Positions 1 through 9,370 of a stretch of 64,000 nt of DNA are shown here, piece by piece. The notes under the pieces were generated by a model that had not been told where the DNA came from, searched no databases, and saw only the letters and a list, made by a program, of their open reading frames with translations. Numbering within the stretch: the stretch's first letter is position 1; each line of letters starts with the position of its first letter. The stretch lies in IMG/VR virus record IMGVR_UViG_2811995368_000001, positions 1 to 64,000 of that record, one strand, 5' to 3'. Position numbers and translations under genes: made by a program. This stretch comes from a virus. Taxonomy: Duplodnaviria; Caudoviricetes.

Positions 1-252
1 TTACGCAGCCTGGGCGCCGGGTGCGGCGGCCTGCTTGCGCTCTTTCTTGCGGTCGGCAATCCACGCCTCAACCTCGTCGGCATCCCAGCCCACACGGCGG
101 GGCGACACGCGGAATCGGCGGGGGAACTCGCCGCGCTTCTCCATGTTGAGGATGGTGCGCGCACACATGGGCACCTTGGCGAGGACTTGCTCGTGGCTGT
201 AGATGCGCTGTCCTTCCTGGGCAGCGCCTGCTTCATTCTTTGTTTCGGTCAT
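1..252 (-). CDS. AlpA-family DNA-binding protein / excisionase-like
   Basis: CARTILNMEKRGEFPRRFRVSPRRVGWDADEVEAWI matches the AlpA winged-HTH pattern; last gene of the leftward operon, where xis precedes int. Confidence 0.85.
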   Translation of the reverse strand: MTETKNEAGAAQEGQRIYSHEQVLAKVPMCARTILNMEKRGEFPRRFRVSPRRVGWDADEVEAWIADRKKERKQAAAPGAQAA

Positions 253-336
253 TTCGGAATCCTTATAGTTCGTGTAGTTGCCTGCTGATGCCCATGATTG
301 CAAACGTCGTGAGCACCAGCAGGCCATGATTTCCGA

Positions 337-2568
337 TTACGCGACTTGCCCCATGAAGGCCGCTTCGTGGCGGAAGTTCGCCCGCACAAGGGCTTCTGCC
401 TGCACCGGCGACACGCTGTTTCCGCACATGCGAACCTGCGCGGTGGTCGTCAGCGGAACGCGGGGAACAGCCAGAGGGTCGGCAACCTGTATGCCCTCGC
501 TGAAGAGCAGCAGCGGGTCAGGTATTTCGTGGATGATGTAGCTGTCGGGGAATGCCTGGGCGCGGTACAGCTCGCGCGCTTTCAGCATCCGCAGCGTGAT
601 GTCCACCAGCACCCACCAGATGCAGTCGTAGCTCATCAGCACCAGGTCGGCAGGCTCGGAGAAGTGCTCGGGCAGGTGTTCGTGCAGCAGAGCGGCGCAG
701 CGCCTGGCCTTCTCGCGGTGCTCGGGAGAAAGGCAGTCCGCCGGAACCTGAACCGATTGCACCAGGCCCATGCGGCCCTTCGTGGGCAGGGTGTGCATCG
801 GCTCGTCTGCCTTCTGCCACTGGCCGCCGCTGCTGTAATACTTCACTAGGTAGGCCGTGACCAACTGCTGGTTGCTACCCGACGACGTAATGGTGGACAT
901 GGGCGCACCTGCCGGGCGTCCGCCGCCATCGTAGAACCCGCCGTTTGCTTGCTCGAAGAAGGCCGACACGAGCGCGCTGGGCACGCTACTTGCCGTCACC
1001 GAGTTGAGCGGGGTTTCCAGGCTGCGGACTCCGCTGCTCCACCGCTTCGCGCCGGTGCTGCACGATTCGCCATGCCCCATATCGACCAGGTTTGCGACGA
1101 TCAGCGCCTGCTCGCCACGATGTGCGCCCGTCACGGTAGGCAGAGGTTCCGCCGGTGTCGTTCCAGCGCGTTCGCCGTGGTGCGTCAGGTGGGCCAGGTG
1201 CGCGGCCACCAGGGCCTGCTTCACGCCGCCCGCAACGACGGTGCCCAGCGGGGCCTCGATGTCCTGCACGCGCGGCTGCTGGCCTTCACGCTCTCCGTAG
1301 CCAATGGTGACGAGGTGCGCTCCTACCATCGCGTGGTGCGTGCCGCCGGCGGAGATAGTCGAAAGCGGCTGCTCGATGCTGTGGCCGCCCATGTGGGCGT
1401 CGCTGGTTCCGCGTAGCGGGGCCAAGGTCGGCGCGACAACGGAAAAGTGTCCGCCCTTCACCTGGGCGCAGACAGTGCGCAGCGGCGCGTCGGCAGGCAT
1501 GGTGCGCTGGTTGCTGGCATTGGCATGCTCGGTGAGGAACGGCACCAGGGCCGGTGCTACGATAGCGCGGTGGTTCTCCGTGGTGAGCGTGCCGAACGGC
1601 TGATTTGCGGCCACCGGCTTGCCGGAATACGCCGGGCCACCGGCGCCGGCCATGAACGGGGCCAGCACGGGTGCGCCCAGCATGTGGTGATTGCCGGTCG
1701 TCACGGTCGGCAACGGCTCATCAGCCGCTGCCCCGGCATGGCCGGTGGTGTTGGTGACGATGAAGGGCTTGGCGCTTGCCAGGACGTGGCGATACAGGCC
1801 CTTGGCGACGCGCCGCTGGGTATTCACCGCCAATGGCTTCTTGCGGTCGAAGATGCTCTCGGCGGGCAGGCTGAAGTCGATGCACTCGGCAGCGGTTCGG
1901 TACGGCGCCAAGGATCCGGCGATCACTTCGCGCGAGGTAGGCTCGCCGTGGGTCTGTTCAGGCCAAATGATGGGCAAGCCATCGCGGCGCGCCACCAGGA
2001 AGAGGCGCTTGCGGATGGTCGGGGCGCCGTTGTCGCACGCACGCATTTCGCGCCAATCCACCTTGTAGCCGTGCTGGCGCAACTGCCGAATGAAGCTATC
2101 GAAGGTCTTACCCTTGCGCTTCGGGTCTGGGTAGAGCTTGCCGTCCTCGCCGACGACGACCGGCCCCCAGGTCTGAAATTCCTCGACGTTTTCCAGCATG
2201 ATGACGCGCGGTCGGCAAAGCGCAGCCCAGCGCATCGTGACCCAGGCCAGCCCGCGAATCTCCTTGGAAACCGGCGTGCCGCCCTTGGCCTTCGAGAAGT
2301 GCTTGCAGTCCGGCGACAGCCAGACCAAGCCCACGGGCTGATTGCCCGTCACTTCGATGGGATCCACGTCCCAGACACTTTCGCAAAGGTGCTTGGTGTA
2401 GGGGTGATTCAGCGCGTGCATCGCCAGGGCTTCGGGGTCGTGGTTGATGGCGATGTCCACCGGGCGCCCGAAGGCCGCTTCCAGACCAGTGCTGGTGCCG
2501 CCGCCTCCGGCGAAGTTGTCGATGATGAGTTCTCCGGGGAACGGCAGGGCGAGTTGCGGGCGCTGCAT
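337..2568 (-). CDS. DNA (cytosine-5)-methyltransferase with expanded repeat region
   Basis: Motif I DNFAGGGG, motif IV SPDC, motif VI ENV, RKRLF, motif X GNSV; AGGAG upstream of ATG 2568. Confidence 0.93.
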   Translation of the reverse strand: MQRPQLALPFPGELIIDNFAGGGGTSTGLEAAFGRPVDIAINHDPEALAMHALNHPYTKHLCESVWDVDPIEVTGNQPVGLVWLSPDCKHFSKAKGGTPVSKEIRGLAWVTMRWAALCRPRVIMLENVEEFQTWGPVVVGEDGKLYPDPKRKGKTFDSFIRQLRQHGYKVDWREMRACDNGAPTIRKRLFLVARRDGLPIIWPEQTHGEPTSREVIAGSLAPYRTAAECIDFSLPAESIFDRKKPLAVNTQRRVAKGLYRHVLASAKPFIVTNTTGHAGAAADEPLPTVTTGNHHMLGAPVLAPFMAGAGGPAYSGKPVAANQPFGTLTTENHRAIVAPALVPFLTEHANASNQRTMPADAPLRTVCAQVKGGHFSVVAPTLAPLRGTSDAHMGGHSIEQPLSTISAGGTHHAMVGAHLVTIGYGEREGQQPRVQDIEAPLGTVVAGGVKQALVAAHLAHLTHHGERAGTTPAEPLPTVTGAHRGEQALIVANLVDMGHGESCSTGAKRWSSGVRSLETPLNSVTASSVPSALVSAFFEQANGGFYDGGGRPAGAPMSTITSSGSNQQLVTAYLVKYYSSGGQWQKADEPMHTLPTKGRMGLVQSVQVPADCLSPEHREKARRCAALLHEHLPEHFSEPADLVLMSYDCIWWVLVDITLRMLKARELYRAQAFPDSYIIHEIPDPLLLFSEGIQVADPLAVPRVPLTTTAQVRMCGNSVSPVQAEALVRANFRHEAAFMGQVA

Positions 2569-2583
2569 CTGGTGGCTCCTTGC

Positions 2584-2610
2584 AAAAAATCGGGGCGCTC
2601 GCGGCGCCCC
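2584..2610 (-). terminator. Intrinsic terminator after ssb
   Basis: Minus strand GGGGCGC-CGCGA-GCGCCCC followed by GATTTTTT. Confidence 0.65.
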
Positions 2611-2676
2611 TGTAGGTGATGGTGTTTGGTAGGCCCTCGGTGGGGCCTGCACGTTGATGAAGCAGTCGTGCGCTGC

Positions 2677-3174
2677 TCAATCAAAAGGGATGTCGTCATC
2701 CATGTCGGCAAAGCCGCCACCACCGGACGGGGGCGGAGCGGGCCGGGATGCCGGAGCGCCGCGCGCGGGTGCGGAACGCTGTTGCTGGCGCGCCGGCGGT
2801 GCCGATGATTCGCCGCCGTACTGCTGGCCGTCGCCGCTGCCACGCTGCCCCAGCATCTGCATTTCCGTGGCCTCGATCTCGGTCGTGTAGCGGTCTTGGC
2901 CGTCCTTGTCCTGCCACTTGCGCGTGCGGATGCGGCCCTCGACATAGACCGAAGACCCCTTGCGCAGGTACTCGCCGGCGATTTCAGCGAGGCGGCGGTA
3001 GAAAACGACGCGGTGCCATTCGGTGATTTCCTTGCGCTCGCCGCTGGCCTTGTCCTTCCAGCTTTCCGTCGTCGCCAAGCGGATATTGCAGACGGCATCG
3101 CCGTTCGGCATGTAGCGGGTTTCGGGGTCGGCGCCAAGGTTGCCGACGAGGATTACTTTATTGACTGATGCCAT
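2677..3174 (-). CDS. ssb: Single-stranded DNA-binding protein
   Basis: [18 protein letters not shown]...TEWHRVV...C-terminal DDDIPF; betaproteobacterial-type sequence. Confidence 0.98.
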   Translation of the reverse strand: MASVNKVILVGNLGADPETRYMPNGDAVCNIRLATTESWKDKASGERKEITEWHRVVFYRRLAEIAGEYLRKGSSVYVEGRIRTRKWQDKDGQDRYTTEIEATEMQMLGQRGSGDGQQYGGESSAPPARQQQRSAPARGAPASRPAPPPSGGGGFADMDDDIPFD

Positions 3175-3202
3175 GCTCTTCCTTCTCTCTCTGCGGTGGC
3201 CG

Positions 3203-3436
3203 TCAGTGCGCGCGCTGCCTGCGCACGACCTCGGCGGCCAAGTTGCGGGCAGGCTCGTCGATGGGGAGCCGCCCCTTGTCCATCATTCCGTTGCGCCAGC
3301 CATGCCAGTAGGACTTGCTCTTGTCGCTGCCAGGCTCGGGCGCGCCATCCAGGCCGGCAAGGTATCCGGCCACGCAGTCGTCATCGTCCAGCACGTCCAG
3401 CTCGCGCACCGACGAAAGCGGCTGGTACTCGCTCAC
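3203..3436 (-). CDS. Small phage hypothetical protein
   Basis: Coupled ORF in operon, GY..G...SYWHGWRNG motif. Confidence 0.6.
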   Translation of the reverse strand: MSEYQPLSSVRELDVLDDDDCVAGYLAGLDGAPEPGSDKSKSYWHGWRNGMMDKGRLPIDEPARNLAAEVVRRQRAH

Positions 3437-3609
3437 GTCACGCGCTCCCAGATGGAATCCAGTGTGTCGGCCTGCTTCTGGGAAAGCGGGCGATCCTGCG
3501 CGAGCTGGCGCTCGATGCTGTCGATGAAGCTGCGCTCCCAGTCGGTCAGCTTGGCCTCGCGGTCGATGCAGTCCTTCACCATCTGCTGGTGCTCGTCGTG
3601 TGCGCTCAT
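3433..3609 (-). CDS. Small phage hypothetical protein (58 aa, not in the ORF track)
   Basis: ATG 3609: [58 protein letters not shown]; fills the gap and overlaps the next start. Confidence 0.7.
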   Translation of the reverse strand: MSAHDEHQQMVKDCIDREAKLTDWERSFIDSIERQLAQDRPLSQKQADTLDSIWERVT

Positions 3610-3613
3610 GGTG

Positions 3614-3979
3614 TCAGTCGTCCACGTCGTCGGTGCGCTGCAAGCACTTGATCGTCACGCCGTCGGGCGCTTCGATGACGAGGGAAGGCTGGAATCCGTT
3701 GCGGTAGTCCTGCGCCTCGATGCGCATGGGCCAGCGCGGGAAGTCGCGGTCTTCGTAGCTGGGGTCGTAGTTGGCGACGCCGATCAGCCAGCTACCGCTG
3801 TTGCCGGGGCAATGCTGGCCGGTCACGATGATGCCAAGCTGGGGCTGGCCGTCGATGGCCGGGCCAAGCACGAGATATTCAATCGGCTTGCCGCTGGCGC
3901 AGTTGTCGTAGTCGTCCTTGAAGTGGGCTACTTCGCCGAAGGTATCGTCGCTGTAGCCCTCGAAGCGCAGGGTGGGCAT
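3614..3979 (-). CDS. Phage hypothetical protein
   Basis: AAGGAG RBS; LRFEGYSDDTFGE N-terminal motif. Confidence 0.7.
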   Translation of the reverse strand: MPTLRFEGYSDDTFGEVAHFKDDYDNCASGKPIEYLVLGPAIDGQPQLGIIVTGQHCPGNSGSWLIGVANYDPSYEDRDFPRWPMRIEAQDYRNGFQPSLVIEAPDGVTIKCLQRTDDVDD

Positions 3980-3983
3980 GGTG

Positions 3984-4295
3984 TCACTCCTTGGGGTTGG
4001 GTTGATGTTGTGGCGCGGTGCGCGCGCCGTTCTTCAGTTCGGCAATCAGGCGCCGCACGCCACGCTTTTGCTTGGACGTGCCGCGCTCGATCCAGAGGCC
4101 GGTGCCGGGCCAAAAATCGACCGTGCGCCCGTTCGCGGTCACGATGAGGTGCGCGCCCTCGTTCTTCGTCTCGAAGGCGATGCCGGCAGCGGTGAGCATC
4201 TTGGCCGACGATTCGCGGTTGCTCGCCCGCTTTTGCCGGCTTTCCTCCTGCATGGCGGGGCGCACGTCGCGCCAGTAGTCGCCCATGTCACCCAT
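3984..4295 (-). CDS. Phage hypothetical protein
   Basis: MGDMGDYWRD...NEGAHLIV...VDFWPGTGLW; GGAGG RBS. Confidence 0.7.
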   Translation of the reverse strand: MGDMGDYWRDVRPAMQEESRQKRASNRESSAKMLTAAGIAFETKNEGAHLIVTANGRTVDFWPGTGLWIERGTSKQKRGVRRLIAELKNGARTAPQHQPNPKE

Positions 4296-4593
4296 GACAC
4301 ACCTCCTGCTCGGTGCGGGATTCGTCCAGGCGCAAGCGCGATTCAGCCACGGGGAACCAATGGCAGTCCCAGTCCAGCAGATAGCGCGCGCCATTGGCGT
4401 ACATGCCATCCGGCGAAGCCGGGCGCTCATAGAGGCCGGTCACGCGCAGGGCAAATTCGATTCCCGCCGGGTTCGTGTAGATCACTGGGTCGTCGGCCTT
4501 GAACTGCAAGGGTTGGCCGTTCTCCGGGGCGAAGGGCTTTTGGGCGTCGTGCCGGGCGGTGGCTTCTTCGGCCCATTCGTGGTGACTGCTCAT
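4288..4593 (-). CDS. Phage hypothetical protein
   Basis: Coupled ORF with GGGAGG RBS. Confidence 0.6.
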   Translation of the reverse strand: MSSHHEWAEEATARHDAQKPFAPENGQPLQFKADDPVIYTNPAGIEFALRVTGLYERPASPDGMYANGARYLLDWDCHWFPVAESRLRLDESRTEQEVCHG

Positions 4594-4607
4594 GGTCGGC
4601 AGCCTCC

Positions 4608-5141
4608 CTACAGGCTCTTCAGGATGGATTGGAGCTGCTTCAGCTTTTCAAGGCTCTGGGCATTTCCTTCCTGTTCCTGTTCGATGGTGAGCGCAGCTTC
4701 CTCGACCTGGGCCGCCAGTTGCTTCAAGCGCGTGCTGAAGTCGTCGGCAAGGGCCGCAATCTGACTAGACAGGTTGCCCAGGATTTCGAGAGGCGACTTG
4801 CTCGCCGGCGTGGCGCTGACGGATGCTGCTGGCTGGACGATTTGGGGCGCCACGGCGGCTTTTTGCATGGTGATGACTTCCTTCTTCGGGGTTGGCTGGG
4901 GCGTTCTGACGGCATGGCGCTGAAAGCAGCCAGGCTCTGGTTCGCGGACAAGGCCGATTTCGCGCAACGTCGCCAAGCATCCGCGCACGGTATGCAGGTC
5001 GGCGTTGCTGCGTTCGACTTCCTTCAGGGAGTGCCGGATTTGGCTCGCGGGCCAGGCTTCCTTGATGGGAACGACCTCGAAGACCTTACGCGCCAGCGCC
5101 GTTTGCCCCTGAAGGATTTTTTGGAGCTTGCCGGGTGTCAT
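4608..5141 (-). CDS. Putative winged-helix / coiled-coil protein
   Basis: N-terminal wHTH-like segment (CLATLREIGLVREPEPG), C-terminal coiled coil. Confidence 0.6.
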   Translation of the reverse strand: MTPGKLQKILQGQTALARKVFEVVPIKEAWPASQIRHSLKEVERSNADLHTVRGCLATLREIGLVREPEPGCFQRHAVRTPQPTPKKEVITMQKAAVAPQIVQPAASVSATPASKSPLEILGNLSSQIAALADDFSTRLKQLAAQVEEAALTIEQEQEGNAQSLEKLKQLQSILKSL

Positions 5142-5144
5142 GGT

Positions 5145-5459
5145 TCAAGCCCTCCCGTGCGGGGGGGGGGGGGCGACGCTGCGCGCAATCACCCGGTAGA
5201 TGTCCTCGATCACGGTTGCGTCCTCGATGGCGCCGTCGAAAACCTCATCGACGACTTGGGCCAGCAGGTCGCGCGGGATCTCCGGCGGCAGGATGGCCGC
5301 CGCGTCGTCGGCCGCCGTGAGTTCCAGCAGCAGGGCCGCATTGGCCTGCGCAAGGGCGGTGGTCAGCAGCGCGACGCCGTGCTGGCTGGTTTGCACTTCG
5401 AGCCTCGACTTGGCACGCTCGATGTCTTCGCGCAGGGTCTTGATTTTTTCGATGGTCAT
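5145..5459 (-). CDS. Hypothetical protein with C13 tract near its 3' end
   Basis: ATGA-coupled ORF; G13 on + strand at 5161-5173. Confidence 0.55.
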   Translation of the reverse strand: MTIEKIKTLREDIERAKSRLEVQTSQHGVALLTTALAQANAALLLELTAADDAAAILPPEIPRDLLAQVVDEVFDGAIEDATVIEDIYRVIARSVAPPPPHGRA

Positions 5460-6430
5460 TGATGAATCTCCGGGTATCCGTCATGCAGCAGGCCGTCCAG
5501 CGTCCGGCCCGACTTCGTTTTGCCGACGCGCAGCATCACCGCGCCGCCGTTCTTCGTGCTCTCGTTCTCGAAGCAATGCACGGTGCCGGCGTCGGCGACG
5601 ATGAAAGCAGGCACGCGCTGGGCGCGGCCCATCGACGTGTCGTATTCCTCGCCCTCTTCGGGCGGTCGCCAGTCGCCCCACTGTTTGAAGTGGAAGGCGA
5701 CGCCGCCGGCGCAGCACTGTTCGCGCAGCTCACGCACCCAAGTGGGGTGCATGGGGCGCGATTCGGCAGAACCACTTTCACCGCCCACGATGACCCAGTG
5801 CAGGCCGCCGTCGGCAGGCTTGCGCAGTTCCATCTGGCGCTTGCCGGCGTGGGTTCTGAAGTTGCCCGTCGGCTCGCTGAAGATGTGGAAGCGAAGATCC
5901 ACGCGCCCCAGCAACGGCTCCATCGACAGGAACCGCACGGCCACCGGCAGCGCCAGCAGCTTCGGGATGTCGCGGTCGGCTTCGGTCTGGCTGGTGATGG
6001 TCGCGCCCACCCAGACGTTTTCTGGGATGCCGCCGGGGAACATGGCGGCCAGCATCTTGTCGGCATTTCCGATGCGCTTGGTCAGCAGCAGCCAATCCAG
6101 GTGCGGCGTGGCGAGGATGAGAGCGGCCAGGTCGTGCCGCCATTCGTCCGGTGCGGCGTTGTCGAACACGTCGGCCAGCGAGGCGCAGAAGACGCGGTAG
6201 CGCACGCCCAGGCGGGCCGCCGTGGCGTTCCACTTCACCGGCTGTGCCCAGTTCGACGCGCTGGTACGGCGACGCGGCGCGCCCGGCCCCCAGTTGATCG
6301 CCACACCGCCGCCGAAGCGGGCATTGCGCGTCTCGGCATAGCAATGGTCGCAGCCAGGGCCTACCTTCTGGCAGCCTTCCCAGGGGTTGAACGTGTGGTG
6401 CGTCCATTCGATTTTCGAGTTTTCAGCCAT
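5456..6430 (-). CDS. Phage Gp37/Gp68 (DUF5131) family protein
   Basis: SKIEWT..TFNPWEGCQKVGPGCDHCYAE, LLTKR, FLSMEPLLG, WVIVGGESG, FKQWG. Confidence 0.92.
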   Translation of the reverse strand: MAENSKIEWTHHTFNPWEGCQKVGPGCDHCYAETRNARFGGGVAINWGPGAPRRRTSASNWAQPVKWNATAARLGVRYRVFCASLADVFDNAAPDEWRHDLAALILATPHLDWLLLTKRIGNADKMLAAMFPGGIPENVWVGATITSQTEADRDIPKLLALPVAVRFLSMEPLLGRVDLRFHIFSEPTGNFRTHAGKRQMELRKPADGGLHWVIVGGESGSAESRPMHPTWVRELREQCCAGGVAFHFKQWGDWRPPEEGEEYDTSMGRAQRVPAFIVADAGTVHCFENESTKNGGAVMLRVGKTKSGRTLDGLLHDGYPEIHQ

Positions 6431-6806
6431 GAGGCCCATCCTGTTCTTGTGTTGGGTCGAAGAACCCAAGGCGCCCGCGCACGGCCTGAAATGGAAGCGC
6501 CGCCGCATCCTTCAGGACGAATCCATACTTCCCGAAAAACCAGGGCGAAGGGCTGTCTTCGACGCATCCGACGATGGTTGCGCGCCCGACGATGCCGCCG
6601 CGCTCCAAGCCGTCGAATGAGGGGATCGTGATTCCGAGTTGCGCGGCCAAGTCGGCCCCGTCTTCGTATTCGGCGCGCGTCATGCCCTTGGCGGCATGGA
6701 TCAGGAACTGGCCCCGGTATCCCGTCGGCCATGACCTGTTTTCGATGTCCTTGTGGCCGTTGGCGATCAACCAAGCCCAAGGCTGGCGGATAGAGAGGGC
6801 CTTCAT
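6423..6806 (-). CDS. ASCH domain protein
   Basis: MKALSIRQPWAWLIANGHKDIENRSW...LIHA ASCH signature. Confidence 0.9.
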   Translation of the reverse strand: MKALSIRQPWAWLIANGHKDIENRSWPTGYRGQFLIHAAKGMTRAEYEDGADLAAQLGITIPSFDGLERGGIVGRATIVGCVEDSPSPWFFGKYGFVLKDAAALPFQAVRGRLGFFDPTQEQDGPHG

Positions 6807-6808
6807 GG

Positions 6809-7588
6809 TCAGCCCTCCTTGCCGTCCTGCTGCTGGGCCTCGATCTGGGCGCGGCGCGTGTTGTAGTGCTCTTGGCAGCAGAATCCTTGCCCCATCCAGA
6901 GCCGATTCGATGGCTTGCCGCAGTAGCAGGTGGGGAGCGGGTCGGAGCGGTTCGCGTCGAAGTACGCCTGTGCTTCTTTGCCGTAGGGTTCGTCTTCGTC
7001 GGGAATGAGGCCAGGGCCGAACAGGCCGTTCTGAATCCAAACCATCGCTTCCTCGGCGCCCTTGCCGTGCTGCCATTCAATCCAGGCGGCCTGCTGGGCT
7101 ACCGTCATGTCGTGGATGATCTTGCCCAGGTCGTTGAGCGTCTTCTTCAGGCGCTCGACTTCCTCGCTTTCCTTGAGCTGCGTCGGGTGCTTCGGCCAGC
7201 CCGGCAAGCTGGTGGCCACGGCGCCGCCGGCGGTCGCGTACCACTCGATCATTTCGGCCACGCGGCACACGGCGCGCTTGTCCTCTTCCTGCTCGTCTCT
7301 GGTTTGTGGGAACATCGAGCCACGGCGGGCGGCTTCGTCGCCCACGGCACGGATGGCGGAGACGATGCCTTGCCATGCCACCGGCGCCCCCGGCTCCTGC
7401 TCACCCTCGGGCTTCAGCAGCGAGGGAAGCGCGCAAATCAGCAGGAAGCGCCACACGCTGCGCCAGTCGTCGAAGCCGATTTCCGCGCGCACCTTGTGGT
7501 ACTGGTTGTTGTAGGCTTCGTGGCAGGTTTTCTCGTCGTTGGCGAGCGTTTCGCAGCGTTGCGCGAAGGCCGTCTTTTTCTCTTCCAT
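6809..7588 (-). CDS. Hypothetical protein with C-terminal Cys cluster
   Basis: Coupled ORF; CYCGKP...FCCQEH putative zinc finger. Confidence 0.6.
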   Translation of the reverse strand: MEEKKTAFAQRCETLANDEKTCHEAYNNQYHKVRAEIGFDDWRSVWRFLLICALPSLLKPEGEQEPGAPVAWQGIVSAIRAVGDEAARRGSMFPQTRDEQEEDKRAVCRVAEMIEWYATAGGAVATSLPGWPKHPTQLKESEEVERLKKTLNDLGKIIHDMTVAQQAAWIEWQHGKGAEEAMVWIQNGLFGPGLIPDEDEPYGKEAQAYFDANRSDPLPTCYCGKPSNRLWMGQGFCCQEHYNTRRAQIEAQQQDGKEG

Positions 7589-7592
7589 CGGG

Positions 7593-7802
7593 TTATCCCT
7601 CTCGTTTTTCGGTTGCAATCCTGGGGAACTGCATCGGCAGGATGTCGCCCGGCATCGTGCGTCCGTCCAGGTCGGTGTCGATCACGACGGCGCCGCACTT
7701 CGCGCACCAGCGGACGACGGTGAGGGCGTCAGGGGCCAAGCTGTACGGCTGTCGCCCGACTTCGCGCAGGTCGTGCGCGCCACGGTCGAATGCGCAGGCC
7801 AT
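7593..7802 (-). CDS. Small zinc-binding hypothetical protein
   Basis: VVRWCAKCGAVV motif. Confidence 0.55.
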   Translation of the reverse strand: MACAFDRGAHDLREVGRQPYSLAPDALTVVRWCAKCGAVVIDTDLDGRTMPGDILPMQFPRIATEKREG

Positions 7803-7805
7803 GAG

Positions 7806-8063
7806 CTATTCAGCCTTGACGCAGATGTGCTTTCCTTCGCTGTCCAGGCGCGGCGTAATGCCGCCATGCGGGGACACGAGGTATTGGCAGCCGGTCAGCG
7901 CGTCCGTGACCGGCTTGATGCCGCTGCGCCCACCGCCCCATGAACCCATGTCGGTGTCATCGCGCCCGATGGGCGTGAGGGAGAGCGCCCACGAGAAGGC
8001 CATGCCGACGATGAAGAGCCAGAACAGCCAAAGGGCGAATTGCTTGAGTGTTGCGAGTTCCAT
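7806..8063 (-). CDS. Small membrane-anchored protein
   Basis: N-terminal TM helix; TDALTGCQYL...GGITPRLDSEGK; AAGGAG RBS. Confidence 0.65.
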   Translation of the reverse strand: MELATLKQFALWLFWLFIVGMAFSWALSLTPIGRDDTDMGSWGGGRSGIKPVTDALTGCQYLVSPHGGITPRLDSEGKHICVKAE

Positions 8064-8113
8064 GTGGGTGCTCCTTGCCCGCCCAGGCTTGCGCCCAGGC
8101 GGGGCGCTGGTGG

Positions 8114-8944
8114 TTACGGCTTGCCGGAGACGACAGGGAAGCCGGTCGCTTCCTTGATGCGGCCCAGCTCGTCGGTGACGGCGGTCTTGAACACGCGGTC
8201 GGGGCGGATGAGTTCGTACCAGAAGGTCAGCTTGCCGTCCTTCTCGCGGTACTTCAGGCGCGCTTCCAGCGGGTAGGCGCTGGTGCTGCCGTCGAACACC
8301 GGCAGGCCCAGGGTGAAACGCTCGAACGCCTGCATGGTCGTCCGGGTTTCCTGCGTCGAATCATCGACGAACTCGAACTGCACGCCGCCGTCTTGCAGAT
8401 TGACCTTGCTGCGCAGCTTCTTGTCGGAGTTGGCCTCGAAGCCCAGCGCCATCTTCAGGATGTCGGCGCCGGACGGCATACCGGCCACGCTGGCGATGTC
8501 GGACAGGTTTTCTTCCAGCCAGGCAGCGAAGTCGATCTGGCTGAAGTGCTGCTTGTTGCGGGACAGCCAGCGTTTCCACTCCACGGCCTGCGCGGGCTGA
8601 AACTTGCACTGGTGGTCACGCCACTGGGCGGCACCGGCTTCGGTGCCGTGGTCGTTGAGCACGCCGATCAGATTGAAGCGGCTGGCCTCGGCGTCGATGT
8701 CGGCGAAGATGGTGGTGGTATCGGTGACGCCGTGCTTTTTCGTGTAGTGGATGAAGCTGTCGGTGTCGGTGATAGTGACCTCGGCGCGCTTGCGGGTCGG
8801 CGTCGGCAGTAGGCTTTCCAGGTCGTGGATTTTGTAGCCCTCGGGCACGGCCACGAAGGCGATGCCGCCGTGGGTGGTCACGGGCTGCACGCTGGCGGCG
8901 CCGGCGGCGAGCGCGGTCTGGAGGTTGTCGGTGGTTTGTTCCAT
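8114..8944 (-). CDS. DUF2303 (YfdQ-like) protein
   Basis: SFIHY, LNDH, W..W, QIDFAAWLEEN, LPVFDG, ARLKYR pattern; paired with the upstream YfdP-like gene. Confidence 0.85.
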   Translation of the reverse strand: MEQTTDNLQTALAAGAASVQPVTTHGGIAFVAVPEGYKIHDLESLLPTPTRKRAEVTITDTDSFIHYTKKHGVTDTTTIFADIDAEASRFNLIGVLNDHGTEAGAAQWRDHQCKFQPAQAVEWKRWLSRNKQHFSQIDFAAWLEENLSDIASVAGMPSGADILKMALGFEANSDKKLRSKVNLQDGGVQFEFVDDSTQETRTTMQAFERFTLGLPVFDGSTSAYPLEARLKYREKDGKLTFWYELIRPDRVFKTAVTDELGRIKEATGFPVVSGKP

Positions 8945-8977
8945 GAGGAATAGGCTCCTGGGTGGTTGGTGGGTGGA

Positions 8978-9334
8978 TTACTGCGCGACGGCTTTCAGCT
9001 CGCGCACCGGGTCGGGTGCAACAGCCTTGAGGTCGAGCTTGGTTTGGCGCGGGTCTTCGCCAATGAGGTTGCCTTCGGGCGTCGCCCAGAGCAGCGATTC
9101 GGGCGGCAGGCCCTTGGGCTTGGTAATGCTCACGTCGGCCTTGACCGCCATCGCGCCGGCGGTGGAGGGCTTGATGGCGATCTTCAGCGTCAGCGTGCCG
9201 GCCTTCTGGTGGGAGGCGACAGCGTTGATGAGTTCGCTGAACTTCGTGCCTGCCACGTCCATGATGGGCAGCAGGTCGCCATCCTCGGTTTCGACGCGGA
9301 CGGACGTGAGGTTTTCATTGAGCGGCTTCGACAT
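8978..9334 (-). CDS. YfdP-like partner of DUF2303
   Basis: KAGTLTLKIAIKP...WATPEGNLIGEDPRQTKL. Confidence 0.75.
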   Translation of the reverse strand: MSKPLNENLTSVRVETEDGDLLPIMDVAGTKFSELINAVASHQKAGTLTLKIAIKPSTAGAMAVKADVSITKPKGLPPESLLWATPEGNLIGEDPRQTKLDLKAVAPDPVRELKAVAQ

Positions 9335-9370
9335 TTCGGGATTTCCTTTCAGGTTGGTGGGTGAAGCGGG

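Noticed and set aside
8960-9365. CACCCACCAACC repeated before two early RBSs
   Set aside because: Only two short copies of a low-complexity C/A-rich leader; probably unstructured translation-initiation sequence
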